Part shown: positions 39,848 through 50,106 of the stretch, in pieces
How positions within the stretch are numbered: the stretch's first letter is position 1
Layout of the letters: each line of letters begins with the position of its first letter
Source of the DNA: an uncultured bacterium
Lineage (GTDB): Bacteria; Zixibacteria; MSB-5A5; GN15; FEB-12
DNA: 64,000 nt
NCBI GenBank assembly: GCA_965372795.1
Contig: CBDVDR010000011.1
Span: 32,001-96,000, forward strand
Reading direction: 5' to 3'
Program-made: the position numbers and the translations under genes
The notes under the pieces: generated by a model
Told to the model about the DNA's origin: nothing
Database searches by the model: none
Seen by the model: only the letters and a program-made list of their open reading frames with translations

Positions 39848-41347
39848 ATGAATAAACCAGCGAATCAAAATTCTTTCGATGTAAAAGATATCGTGGGCAT
39901 AATTAAGCTCAGGAAATGGTTTTTAATTATACCGATTCTTCTGACAACAGTAATCGCCTATGGCGGATCATTCTGGCTTGTCCCCGAGTTTCAAGCCTCA
40001 ACTATTATCTGGATTGACAAACCAGCTTCAGCTTCAAGAGAGTTAATGAGCATTATTGGAAGTGAAAGATTTGTCAGAGAGAGTAATGATGATCGGAGAA
40101 GGAAACTCCAGGCTCTTCAAAATGAAATAACTTCGCAGAATTATTTGTTTCAATTAATCAGAAATATGAAACTTGACAATGATGCTGATCTTACCGAAGA
40201 TGCTACAAAACTCCGAGAAAAAAATCCGGGATTTACGGTTGAGCAGTTAAAATATAATATTTTGCTTGGAAATCTAAGAGATCAAATCAAAGTTTCCTAC
40301 GTAGGTAAAGATCAAATTGAACTGACCGTCAAATCTACTTCTCCTTCACTGGCTCGAGATATTGCAACCAAACTGACCGAGATAATGGAGAGTGAAAAGA
40401 CAAAATACGAGCTTGAAAAAATTCTTGATAATCAGAATTTTGCTGACTTACAGCTCACAAAAAGGGAGTTCTATTATCAACAGGCAATTGATTCTTTAAC
40501 CGAAGCAAAATCTCGGATGACCAATATTAGTCTTTCGAACGAAATTTCATCTGAGACTAATAGGCAGGAAATTACTTCTGAAATAAAACAGGCAAAAGAT
40601 GACATAACCTATTATAACAATCTCATGATTTCAATTAAAACTCAATTAAAACAGGATGATCTTGACAAAGTGCGGTTAAAATATTCTGATTCTTTAATTA
40701 GCCTCAGAGCAAGTATTGAAGGTCAGCTTGTAACCTATGTTGAGCTGATGGAAAAATATGAGTGGACGGAACAGAACGTTATTAATGTCAATATTGGAAT
40801 AATAGACAATATAAGAGTGCTTGTCTCCGGAATTCAAAATCAAGTTGAAAACCAACACAGCTCACTTGAGATAAACCAACAGCGACGGTTGAAAGATTAT
40901 TTTGTTGCTAAAGAAAACTACGATATCTCAAAATCCCGCCAAAAACATTTAGCCAACGCTTTTGATGACCTTGTCGAAAGAATCAATTCAATACCTCGTA
41001 TGGAAGCGGAGATCAGTGACCTTGAAAGCCGGGTTGAAGAGGCTCGTCGTTACCGAGACGCTTTTAAGTCTGAAGAAACTACCGTTGAAATTTTATCTGA
41101 ACAGGCAAAAGGAAGAACAAAATATAAAGTGATTGAGGCTGCACGGACTCCATTGGAACCGTTCTGGCCCGATAAAAATAAAATAGCAATTTTGGGTCTT
41201 ATTCTTGGCTTTGTGATAGGCGGAATCGCTGTTCTGCTTGGAGAAGTTCTCGATAGCACTTTTAAACGAACAGAGGATGTCGAGAATTTGCTCGGACTGC
41301 CTGTGATCGCTGTAATCCCCAAAATCGATAAACTAAAATTCAGGTAA
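39848..41347 (+). CDS. Polysaccharide co-polymerase (Wzc membrane/periplasmic part, GumC-like)
   Basis: N-terminal TM + P.FQAST.I, long coiled coil, VIE.A..P..P..P, second TM, E.LD.TF...EDVE..LGLPVIAVIP. Confidence 0.88.
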   Translation: MNKPANQNSFDVKDIVGIIKLRKWFLIIPILLTTVIAYGGSFWLVPEFQASTIIWIDKPASASRELMSIIGSERFVRESNDDRRRKLQALQNEITSQNYLFQLIRNMKLDNDADLTEDATKLREKNPGFTVEQLKYNILLGNLRDQIKVSYVGKDQIELTVKSTSPSLARDIATKLTEIMESEKTKYELEKILDNQNFADLQLTKREFYYQQAIDSLTEAKSRMTNISLSNEISSETNRQEITSEIKQAKDDITYYNNLMISIKTQLKQDDLDKVRLKYSDSLISLRASIEGQLVTYVELMEKYEWTEQNVINVNIGIIDNIRVLVSGIQNQVENQHSSLEINQQRRLKDYFVAKENYDISKSRQKHLANAFDDLVERINSIPRMEAEISDLESRVEEARRYRDAFKSEETTVEILSEQAKGRTKYKVIEAARTPLEPFWPDKNKIAILGLILGFVIGGIAVLLGEVLDSTFKRTEDVENLLGLPVIAVIPKIDKLKFR

Positions 41348-41350
41348 TTT

Positions 41351-42469
41351 ATGGAAACTTATAGACTCAGCAGTAAATTAATCGAGATAAACAGAGAATT
41401 TTTGATAAAAACCTCGAATGACGTGAAAGTTAATTCTGTGATTTCGACCGTTTATGTGAACGGGGAAGAAACAGAAACAGCAAAATGCCCTCATCCGGTT
41501 GAGTTCTCGCCCGAAGAAATATTAACGCTTGTTAAGAGTAAGCATTCTGAAAAAAAGGCTGAAGTTGAAGTCATGTTAAAATGCTATAACGAAACTATGG
41601 AAAGCGGCGAGTCAGAAAGAATGTTTCAATTAGGCACCGCATTTTTCTATAAAAAATATTCCAGAGAATCAAGAGAACTTTTTAACTCGGCAATTGCCCT
41701 TAACCCGCAATTTCACCAAGCATGCAATTATCTGGGAATGGTTGAACTTGAGATGGGTGATCTGAATAAGGCTGTTGAGGTTTCTGAAAAAGCGGTCTCA
41801 ATGAAACCTGGTTTTGCTGATTACAGATTTAACCTCGGACATGCTTACTTGGCTATAAAAAATTGTCCCAAAGCAGTTAGGGAATTTGAAGAAGCCATCA
41901 GTACGAATCTTTATTATGCTGATGCTTACATTAGTTTAGCACTGGCTTATTTATTGAATGCAATTGAACAGCAGAATATTACTTTGTTTCAAAACGTCTT
42001 AACAAAGACAATTGATGCGGTAAAAAAAGCTTCAATAATTGATCCGTTCTTCGATAATGAAATTCATAAAGATGGGTTAATTGCCATAGAAGCATTGGAT
42101 GTTGAAGTTGCTTTTGCAATGTTTTCAAAACTTCTCAAAAATAAAAAAGAAAAACGTGACATTGAACTTTCTGATTATTATGTGAAATATTTATATTCGA
42201 GTGATGCAAATGACGACAAAACCCTTTCTCACAGGATCAACTATTTAAAAGAGGAGATTGAAAAATATCCTACTTATGCAGACCTCCACGATGAAATCAG
42301 TTCATGTTATTTGTCATTAGCCAGAAATTATTGGCAAAATAGTCTCAATCATTTGCAGAAGGCACTGGATATTAATCCATCACTTGATAATATAAATAAT
42401 TTACTTGAAGAGGCTGGCAAAGAGATTGAAAATATAAATAGAGTTATTTCCGGGAAATCAAAAATTTAA
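41351..42469 (+). CDS. Cytoplasmic TPR protein
   Basis: Repeated TPRs (P.F.DY...LG.AY, YPTYADLH..I); no signal peptide. Confidence 0.8.
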   Translation: METYRLSSKLIEINREFLIKTSNDVKVNSVISTVYVNGEETETAKCPHPVEFSPEEILTLVKSKHSEKKAEVEVMLKCYNETMESGESERMFQLGTAFFYKKYSRESRELFNSAIALNPQFHQACNYLGMVELEMGDLNKAVEVSEKAVSMKPGFADYRFNLGHAYLAIKNCPKAVREFEEAISTNLYYADAYISLALAYLLNAIEQQNITLFQNVLTKTIDAVKKASIIDPFFDNEIHKDGLIAIEALDVEVAFAMFSKLLKNKKEKRDIELSDYYVKYLYSSDANDDKTLSHRINYLKEEIEKYPTYADLHDEISSCYLSLARNYWQNSLNHLQKALDINPSLDNINNLLEEAGKEIENINRVISGKSKI

Positions 42470-42470
42470 T

Positions 42471-43268
42471 ATGTCAAAAAAAAACAAACCAATAGATTAT
42501 TATTACAGTTCCGACACACCGTTCGCTAACGAGTTTCGAAGGCTGTTAGTTAAGATAATAAAAAGTGGCACCGGTTCTGATGAGAAATCTATTATGTTAA
42601 CTTCGGCGATGCTCTCCGAAGGTAAATCTACAATTTGTTCTTTTCTTGGAATTACAGCTGCAAAGCAAAACGGATTAAAAACTTTAATAATTGATTCTGA
42701 CCTCAGGAGACCATCAATTCATCGTTTTTTTGATGTTGAGAGAAAACATGGTATATCAGACATTCTGGTTGATGGTTTTGCTGCGGTTGAAGCTGTTAAA
42801 AGAACTTCTATCGAAAAACTTGATATCATAACTTCCGGTTCTTCTTATGCCCACCCGGCTGAAATTTTTGATGCTGAATCTATAGGATATATTATTGAGG
42901 AATTAAAATTCTATTATGATTTAATTTTGGTTGATGCTGCTCCATTGATGCCGGTATCTGATCCGCTACTATTAGCGACCAAAGTTGATAAAATCATATT
43001 AGTAGTCAAAGCCGGATCGACAGACAGGGAAGTAGTGATAAAATCAGCAGAGATTTTGAGCTCCAGCAGGGACAAAATATTGGGTGTCGTCATGAATAAT
43101 ATGTCAAATTCATTACCATATTACTATGACTATCAATATTACGGGTATGATTATGCCCCTTCCAAGTCCTCTGAGAATGCACCATTGCCAAACCCTCAGA
43201 CTATCCCCAAAAAAGCAAGGACACGAAAATTAAATTCTATTTCTATTGAAACCAAGAAATCAAAATAG
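42471..43268 (+). CDS. BY-kinase (CpsD/CapB family tyrosine autokinase)
   Basis: Walker A SAMLSEGKST, A' IIDSDLRRP, B LILVDAAP, tyrosine cluster PYYYDYQYYGYDY. Confidence 0.92.
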   Translation: MSKKNKPIDYYYSSDTPFANEFRRLLVKIIKSGTGSDEKSIMLTSAMLSEGKSTICSFLGITAAKQNGLKTLIIDSDLRRPSIHRFFDVERKHGISDILVDGFAAVEAVKRTSIEKLDIITSGSSYAHPAEIFDAESIGYIIEELKFYYDLILVDAAPLMPVSDPLLLATKVDKIILVVKAGSTDREVVIKSAEILSSSRDKILGVVMNNMSNSLPYYYDYQYYGYDYAPSKSSENAPLPNPQTIPKKARTRKLNSISIETKKSK

Positions 43269-43280
43269 TCTCTTAAAAAA

Positions 43281-44153
43281 ATGGATACTCTTAAAAATTT
43301 AATAACAGTCGATTGCGAAGAATGGTTTGTCGCAGAAGCTTTAAAAAGATATTTTACCCATAAGGACTGGGATAAACTACAATCAACAGTTGTTCGCAAT
43401 TCTCGAAAACTACTTGATATGTTTTACCATCATAAAGTCAAAGCAACCTGGTTCATGCTTGGCTGGGTGGCAGACCGGCATGCCGATCTGGTTCAAGAAA
43501 TAGCTTCGGAGGGTCATGAGATTGCCTGTCACAGCTATTATCATCGCAAGATTGATACTCTGACTCCACAAGAATTTGAGGAGGATGTGAACATGGCTAT
43601 AACAGCAATCTTAAAAGCAACCGGTATTAGACCGGTTGGTTTTAGAGCCCCAAGCTGGTCAATCAATCCTTCAAGCTCTTGGGCTTTTGATATAATGTCA
43701 CGGCTTGGTTTTGAATATGACAGCTCGATCTTTCCAATAAAACATGATATCTATGGTATGCCAAAAGGTCCCCGAACAACATTCAAAATCAAAGTTGATA
43801 ATGATAATACTCTTTTTGAAATTCCAGCTTCAACTTATCGTTTTTTCGGAAAAAATATTCCAATAGCAGGTGGCGGATATTTGCGCCATTCACCATATTG
43901 GTATACTAAGATGATGATTAATCGGGTTAATCGAAAGGGACAACCGGTGGTTGCTTATATTCATCCCTGGGAGCTTGATCCAGATCCTCCCCAAATTGAC
44001 GGATTATCTAAAATCGAAACTATCAGAATGTACGGATCAACTTCTCTGCTTGAGCATAAATTCGATCAACTTTTATCGGATTTTGAGTTTACTACTATGA
44101 TTGACTATCTTCAAGATTTTAAGAAAAGACCTATCGGTTTCAACCGAGCCTGA
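43281..44153 (+). CDS. Polysaccharide deacetylase, PEP-CTERM/XrtA-locus type
   Basis: TVDCEEWF, ATWFMLGWVA, GHEIACHSY.H, GFRAPSWS, YDSS.FP, GGGY.R, Y.HPWE.DP. Confidence 0.9.
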   Translation: MDTLKNLITVDCEEWFVAEALKRYFTHKDWDKLQSTVVRNSRKLLDMFYHHKVKATWFMLGWVADRHADLVQEIASEGHEIACHSYYHRKIDTLTPQEFEEDVNMAITAILKATGIRPVGFRAPSWSINPSSSWAFDIMSRLGFEYDSSIFPIKHDIYGMPKGPRTTFKIKVDNDNTLFEIPASTYRFFGKNIPIAGGGYLRHSPYWYTKMMINRVNRKGQPVVAYIHPWELDPDPPQIDGLSKIETIRMYGSTSLLEHKFDQLLSDFEFTTMIDYLQDFKKRPIGFNRA

Positions 44154-44281
44154 TTCTCTATAAATCTCCTTAAATCTATCTTCGTAATCAGTTGTTTTTT
44201 TTAATTAGTTGTTGACTATAAGGGTATAAAGTTAAAACTTATAGCGGGAACAAGCGTGATAAATTTTTAAGGAGTTTAAAC

Positions 44282-44962
44282 ATGAGAAGATTTCTCGTAA
44301 TTCTATTAATTTGCACAGTAATGGCACCGGCTGTTTTTGCCAGAAAACCTAAAGACAAGGCTGGTAAGGTAACAGATATGGTCTATAAGGACAAAAAACT
44401 TAATTTTTCCATAACATTGGATGATGGTTGGAAATATTCCATACAGAAGAATAAAAGCAAATACAGATTTATACTGGTTAAGAAAAATTACGATATCCCC
44501 TCAGATTATATTGATGCTCCGGATTATACTATGATTCCCCGAATTACTCTTTGGGTTGATACGACATCTATGTCACCTTTTGTGTTTATTGATTCACTTT
44601 TAAGCCCGACTTATAAATCAAAACAAAAAAACAATTTATATAAAGAATTTGATATCTTAAATGATAATATTTCTGAACAGGGAAGTATTCGTGAAAGACT
44701 GATTACCCGAAAGAAAAAAGCTTTTGAAATCGGTAAGAATAAAGCTCTGCGATGGAGTGGACAGATGAAATACCGTAAAGAGGTTGCGACGTCTTCTTCG
44801 TCAATCGGAGGTAAGCGTGTCATCGGAGCCTATGGCGGATCATTGATTGCCGTAAAAAATGGTGATACGATCTATATGTTCCACATGATTTGCGAATGGA
44901 ATTATTTTGATGCTCTTGTAGCTGAGATGACTAGAATTGTTCAAACGATTAAATTTGAATAA
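44282..44962 (+). CDS. Exported hypothetical protein (possible PsbP/DcrB-like fold)
   Basis: AAGGAG SD, signal peptide, Y.D...NFSI.L..GW near the start, terminal IVQTIKF. Confidence 0.6.
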   Translation: MRRFLVILLICTVMAPAVFARKPKDKAGKVTDMVYKDKKLNFSITLDDGWKYSIQKNKSKYRFILVKKNYDIPSDYIDAPDYTMIPRITLWVDTTSMSPFVFIDSLLSPTYKSKQKNNLYKEFDILNDNISEQGSIRERLITRKKKAFEIGKNKALRWSGQMKYRKEVATSSSSIGGKRVIGAYGGSLIAVKNGDTIYMFHMICEWNYFDALVAEMTRIVQTIKFE

Positions 44963-45038
44963 AATTTCAAATGTGATGTTGTTCAAATAAATTATTATTA
45001 TTCTAAGGATGGAAAATAGATGATTAACCGGAGGAACC

Positions 45039-45404
45039 ATGTGGATTGTTAGAGCGATACTGATCGCCATTGTAATTATTTGTGTTGTTGCATTTGCATT
45101 TTACAATGTCGGTCCGGGCAATGAAGTTGATGTAAATTTGATTTATGTTACATTTACCAATGTTCCTATGGTAACGGTAGTATTCTGGTCTTTTGTAGCT
45201 GGTATATTAGTATCATTGTTTTTATTCATTTCGATTTATATAAAACTTTCCGTTCAGCTACGTACATCTAATAAAAGAGTACAAGCATTGGAGGGAGAAG
45301 TTACAGTTTTAAGAAACCGTCCGATTGAAGAGTCGGTCGAACTACTAAAAGGGGCTGACAGCAATGGTGCTGACATCGAGTCACCTTTTAAAAAGAGCGA
45401 GTAA
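45039..45404 (+). CDS. lapA: LapA-family membrane protein
   Basis: Two TM helices with FA..N...V.VN, then coiled coil L..E...LRN.P; precedes lapB-like gene. Confidence 0.8.
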   Translation: MWIVRAILIAIVIICVVAFAFYNVGPGNEVDVNLIYVTFTNVPMVTVVFWSFVAGILVSLFLFISIYIKLSVQLRTSNKRVQALEGEVTVLRNRPIEESVELLKGADSNGADIESPFKKSE

Positions 45405-45406
45405 GT

Positions 45407-46492
45407 ATGTTTAATTATGTCTTAATATTTTTATTTCTGTTTGCTGTTTCTATTTTGTTCTACCTTTTATATGAACGATTTGTTAAAACAGATAAAAAAA
45501 GCGATTCGGCTTTATATGTTGAAGCCTTAAAAGATCTTCTTGATGGGAAACATGAATCCGCATTTACAAAACTTCGTCAGGTAGTTGCCGAGGATTCAAC
45601 TAATATTGATGCTTATTTGAGATTGGGTCAAATTTTACGGGAATATAATAAACCGGATCGGGCAATTCAGGTTCACAAAGATCTAACGCTGCGTTCAAAT
45701 CTAACTAATCGTGAGAAAGAAGAGATTCTTAAACAATTATTCCAGAACTATTCTGCTCTAAATGATTTTGATATGGCTCATGCAGCTTTAAAAGAACTTA
45801 TTACTATCAATTCTGAGAATAAGTGGGCTTTTGTAAGTCTTCTGAAACTGCTTGAAAAACAGCAAAAATGGGATGAAGCTTATAATACTGCTGCAAAATT
45901 ATTAAAACTCGAATCAAATAAATCGAAAAAACCTCTGGCTGTTTTCAAATTCCATCTTGCAAAAGATCTTCATAAAAAACGTGAATTTCATAAAGCCAGG
46001 ATTATGTACAAAGAATCAATTGGTCTGGACCCTGCCTACGTGCCGGCTTATCTGGCAATCGGAGATTCTTATTATGAAGAAAACCGTTTTGAAGATGCGG
46101 TTAACTACTGGAATAAACTGATTGATGCTGTTCCCTCTGAGGGACACCTTGTCATTGAACGCCTAAAGAAAACCCTGTTTGATTTAGGCCGATTTGGTGA
46201 TTTAGCCGAAATCTGTCATAACATTTTAGAACACTCACCCAAAAATATTGAAGCCCGGTTTATGCTGGCTGAATTTTATGAAAAAAAGGGCGAACTTGAC
46301 AGATCAGAGCAGATGCTTAATACAATTTTTGATGACTATCCTGACAATACCAGGGTGACATTAGAACTCATCCGCCTGTATCTTGAAAAAGACGACACTC
46401 GTAAAATTCGTGACCTTTTAAAAGTAATTGAAGGTAAACGTGACAGACAGAAAGATAATGTCGGTGATTCAAGTCTTGTCGGTACCGGTTAA
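45407..46492 (+). CDS. lapB: LapB-like TPR protein (no C-terminal rubredoxin domain)
   Basis: N-terminal TM, Y..AL..LL.G...A...L..V, DAYL.LG.I.R....DRAI.VH..L. Confidence 0.75.
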   Translation: MFNYVLIFLFLFAVSILFYLLYERFVKTDKKSDSALYVEALKDLLDGKHESAFTKLRQVVAEDSTNIDAYLRLGQILREYNKPDRAIQVHKDLTLRSNLTNREKEEILKQLFQNYSALNDFDMAHAALKELITINSENKWAFVSLLKLLEKQQKWDEAYNTAAKLLKLESNKSKKPLAVFKFHLAKDLHKKREFHKARIMYKESIGLDPAYVPAYLAIGDSYYEENRFEDAVNYWNKLIDAVPSEGHLVIERLKKTLFDLGRFGDLAEICHNILEHSPKNIEARFMLAEFYEKKGELDRSEQMLNTIFDDYPDNTRVTLELIRLYLEKDDTRKIRDLLKVIEGKRDRQKDNVGDSSLVGTG

Positions 46493-46513
46493 ATATTTAA
46501 TGTAACTTCATTG

Positions 46514-47512
46514 ATGAAAAATATTATTACTAATTTTATTATTTTGGTTTTGGTCTTTTCCACAAACCTGTACGCTCAGAATATTTATACGCTTATAAAC
46601 AAAGGTAAACTGAAAGAAGCTTCAGATTCTTTATCAAATTTATCAACTGCTTCATTGCGTGATGGTAACCATTTGTTTTTTCAGGGGCTGATTGAAGAAA
46701 ATGCTGATGACGCTGCCCGTAAATTTGAAGCAGCTTTAAAAGCCTCGGTTTCACCGATATATCAACAGGAAATATATCTAAGATTGGCAAGCTATTATTT
46801 TCTTAAAGAAAACTACCCAAAACTCAATAGAATCTTAGCTGATTACAAATCGAAATGGGAAAATGGCAAATACCTTCAACAGATGATGCGTTTTTCTATA
46901 ATTGTTGATCAACAAAGAAATGAATATGAAAATGCCATCAAACAGGCTGACAGATACTTATTAATGTTTTCAAAAGGGGATGCTTATCAACAGGGAGTAA
47001 TCGATAAAGCCCAGACGATGATTAGTAATAATAAAAGAATTGGGGCTGACAATCTATTAAAGAAAATTGCCCGTGAAAAAAAAGGAATCGGCGTTCCGCA
47101 ATCTTTATATATTCGGGCTAATGAAGCTATTCGTACCAAACGAATTGATGATGCCGTCTTTTTCTATAACCTTCTAAGAGAAAGTTATCCTTCTGCTGTT
47201 GGACTTGATGCTATTATAAATAGTATGATGAATGTTTCTACTTCAGAAACTGCGGATGACCGCGCAGAAAAATTTACCGATACATTTTATTCGATTCAGG
47301 TAGGCGTTTTCTCTAAAAAGGGAAATGCAAAAAAACAAGCATCTATTTTTGACTCTTACGGACAAAAGATTGAAATAAGAGGAAAGAAAATATCTAATAA
47401 AAAGTACCATGTTGTTTACGTAGGTAAATTCAAGACCTTTGCCGAAGCTTCTATGTTTAAAAATAAACTGGAAATAAATCATAACGATGTGTATCAGGTA
47501 ATTGCTCGATGA
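46514..47512 (+). CDS. Periplasmic TPR + SPOR domain protein
   Basis: Signal peptide, TPR-like helices, C-terminal YSIQVGVFS...NA...Y.VYVGKF....EA SPOR motif. Confidence 0.85.
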   Translation: MKNIITNFIILVLVFSTNLYAQNIYTLINKGKLKEASDSLSNLSTASLRDGNHLFFQGLIEENADDAARKFEAALKASVSPIYQQEIYLRLASYYFLKENYPKLNRILADYKSKWENGKYLQQMMRFSIIVDQQRNEYENAIKQADRYLLMFSKGDAYQQGVIDKAQTMISNNKRIGADNLLKKIAREKKGIGVPQSLYIRANEAIRTKRIDDAVFFYNLLRESYPSAVGLDAIINSMMNVSTSETADDRAEKFTDTFYSIQVGVFSKKGNAKKQASIFDSYGQKIEIRGKKISNKKYHVVYVGKFKTFAEASMFKNKLEINHNDVYQVIAR

Positions 47513-50106
47513 GTTCGATGCAAGATAAAGACAAAACAACTCCCTTAATGAAACAGTTCTACGCTGTTAAAGAACAACATCCCGATAAAATTCTGTTTTT
47601 CCGAATGGGCGACTTTTATGAAATGTTTGGCGATGATGCCATCAAAGCTGCTCCCATTTTAGGAATATCTCTGACATCACGTTCTCATGGCAATTCGGAA
47701 AGAATTCCACTTGCCGGAGTCCCATACCATGCCGCCGATAAATATCTGGCGAAGATGCTTAAGCATGGAGAAAAAGTCGTCATCGTTGAACAGGTTGAAG
47801 ATCCAAAAACTGCCAAAGGATTAGTTAAAAGAGAAGTCGTTGAAATTCTCACCCCGGGAACTGCTACGATTGACAGTCCCGAACTTAATGACCAGCAACT
47901 CTGTCTTGCCGCTATTTATGAAACCAATGGAAAGAGACTTGGACTGGCTTCTTTAGATTTATCAACCGGACTGTTTATGATTGATGAGGGTGAATCAGAT
48001 GAAATCCTCGAACGGTTGCGGGTTTTAGAACCTTCTGAAACTTTGTATCCTCTTGATGAAGGCAACGAAGAATCGAAACTTGCAAAAAAACTCGAACTTA
48101 TAAATAATCTGACAGCTTTTGAAAATTGGAACTTTGATTATAAAACTGCCGAAAGAGAACTTAATCAACATTTTGGTACTTCGACTCTTGACGGTTTTGG
48201 AGTTGGAGACAATCGTTTAGGGATTGCGGCCGCCGGTGCCATTCTTAGATATTTAAAAGAAAACCATCGCCTGCAACTCGATCATATTAAGAAAATATCA
48301 TGTTTTGATTCTGCCGAACAGATGACCCTTGATTACAGCACCGTTCGAAATCTTGAGTTAGTTAAAAATATTGCAACTTCAACTGAAGAAAACTCACTGT
48401 TTTCAGTAATCAATCATTGCCATACCGCCGCCGGAGCAAGACGCCTGAAGCAATCTTTATTACGACCCTTTATTTCAAAAGTACAAATTGAAAGAAGATT
48501 AGGCGGAGTTGCAGAATTAGTTACTAATCGCAATCTCTGTTTTGACATTAGGGATAAGACAAAAACTCTCCCTGATCTGGAACGACTCGCCGGACGATTA
48601 GGAATTGGCAAGTTGAATCCCCGCCAAATGAACGCTGTTAAAGATGCTTTAATTATTGCAAACCACCTTAAAGAAATATTACTGTCGGCACATAGCCCGC
48701 TCTTGGGTAACTTATGCGGCAATTTGCCTAAATGCGATGAAGTGATCTTACAAATTGAAACTGCTCTTATAGAGGATCCTCCTCTGGTTATGAACAAGGG
48801 GAATATTTTTAAAAGAGGTTACTCAAACGATCTTGATAATCTGAACGATTCAATCAAAGATGCCCGGTTGTATATCGGTTCCCTTCAGGAGAAAGAAAGA
48901 AAACGCACCGGGATTCATACGCTCAAGGTCGGGTATAATAAAGTTTTTGGATATTTTTTAGAGATTACCAAAGCCAATGCTGATAAAGCTCCTGATGAGT
49001 ATATTCGCAAACAGACTTTAGTTAATGCCGAGCGATATATAACTCCTGAGCTGAAAGAGAAAGAAGAGTTGATTTTTTCTGCTGAAGAAAAAATATTTAA
49101 ACTAGAAGCAGAACTGTATCTGAAATTATCAGAAACATTAAATAAAAATATTGGCGATATCTTATCAACTGCTCATATCCTTGCCGAAATCGACCTGATA
49201 TCTTCATTATCAGAACTGGCTGTCAACGAAAGCTACTGCCGTCCGGAAATATTTGAGGATACTCGCTTAACTATTGAAGGAAGCCGTCATCCGGTAATTG
49301 AATCGGTTATTCCAGCCGGATCGTTTGTGTCCAATGATGTTTATCTCTCTGAACAGGATTCGATCCACATTCTTACCGGTCCGAATATGTCGGGTAAATC
49401 AACTTATCTCCGTCAGGTAGGACTGATTGTTATCTTAGCTCAAATTGGATCATTTGTACCGGCATCCAAAGCAGAGATCGGTTTGGTTGACAGGGTCTTT
49501 ACCCGAGTTGGGGCGCTTGATAATCTTGCCCGGGGACAATCGACATTTCTGGTTGAAATGGTCGAAACGGCAAATATTTTAAATAACGCCACTGAACGAT
49601 CATTGGTGCTTCTTGATGAAGTCGGTCGGGGGACATCCACCTTTGACGGTTTATCAATTGCCTGGGCGGTTGTCGAACATATTGAAGAAAAGTCTCATTC
49701 CCGAACTATATTTGCGACCCATTATCATGAGCTAACCGGAATGGCTGAGTTGTACAGTCGGGTCAAAAATTATCAGGTTGCAGTTAAAAAATGGGAAGAC
49801 AAAGTAATCTTTCTGCACCAGATAATTCCCGGCGGGTGTGATGATTCCTATGGCATAGAAGTTGCGAAACTTGCCGGACTACCCAGAATTTCTATAAATC
49901 GCGCCAAGCAGATATTAAGACTGTTAGAATCAGGAAAATTCAATCAAAGTGAACTTGGCAAAGGTATATATAAAGAAAAGATGCAGCCAACCCTGTTTGA
50001 TCGCCAGCCATCGGAAGTAGAAAATATTATTGGTGAAATTGATTTGGACAACTTAACCCCGATGGAAGCTTTCAATCTGTTGAAAGAATTAAAAGAGAAA
50101 CTCTAA
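47509..50106 (+). CDS. mutS: DNA mismatch repair protein MutS
   Basis: TPLMKQF, FFRMGDFYEMF, TGPNMSGKST, STFLVEM, DEVGRGTST, FATHYHEL, SYGIEVAKLAG. Confidence 0.99.
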   Translation: MSSMQDKDKTTPLMKQFYAVKEQHPDKILFFRMGDFYEMFGDDAIKAAPILGISLTSRSHGNSERIPLAGVPYHAADKYLAKMLKHGEKVVIVEQVEDPKTAKGLVKREVVEILTPGTATIDSPELNDQQLCLAAIYETNGKRLGLASLDLSTGLFMIDEGESDEILERLRVLEPSETLYPLDEGNEESKLAKKLELINNLTAFENWNFDYKTAERELNQHFGTSTLDGFGVGDNRLGIAAAGAILRYLKENHRLQLDHIKKISCFDSAEQMTLDYSTVRNLELVKNIATSTEENSLFSVINHCHTAAGARRLKQSLLRPFISKVQIERRLGGVAELVTNRNLCFDIRDKTKTLPDLERLAGRLGIGKLNPRQMNAVKDALIIANHLKEILLSAHSPLLGNLCGNLPKCDEVILQIETALIEDPPLVMNKGNIFKRGYSNDLDNLNDSIKDARLYIGSLQEKERKRTGIHTLKVGYNKVFGYFLEITKANADKAPDEYIRKQTLVNAERYITPELKEKEELIFSAEEKIFKLEAELYLKLSETLNKNIGDILSTAHILAEIDLISSLSELAVNESYCRPEIFEDTRLTIEGSRHPVIESVIPAGSFVSNDVYLSEQDSIHILTGPNMSGKSTYLRQVGLIVILAQIGSFVPASKAEIGLVDRVFTRVGALDNLARGQSTFLVEMVETANILNNATERSLVLLDEVGRGTSTFDGLSIAWAVVEHIEEKSHSRTIFATHYHELTGMAELYSRVKNYQVAVKKWEDKVIFLHQIIPGGCDDSYGIEVAKLAGLPRISINRAKQILRLLESGKFNQSELGKGIYKEKMQPTLFDRQPSEVENIIGEIDLDNLTPMEAFNLLKELKEKL

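Noticed and set aside
42476..42484. A9 run at the start of the BY-kinase gene as a phase-variation tract
   Set aside because: A-rich 5' codons are common in AT-rich genomes and several A8 runs occur in housekeeping genes here
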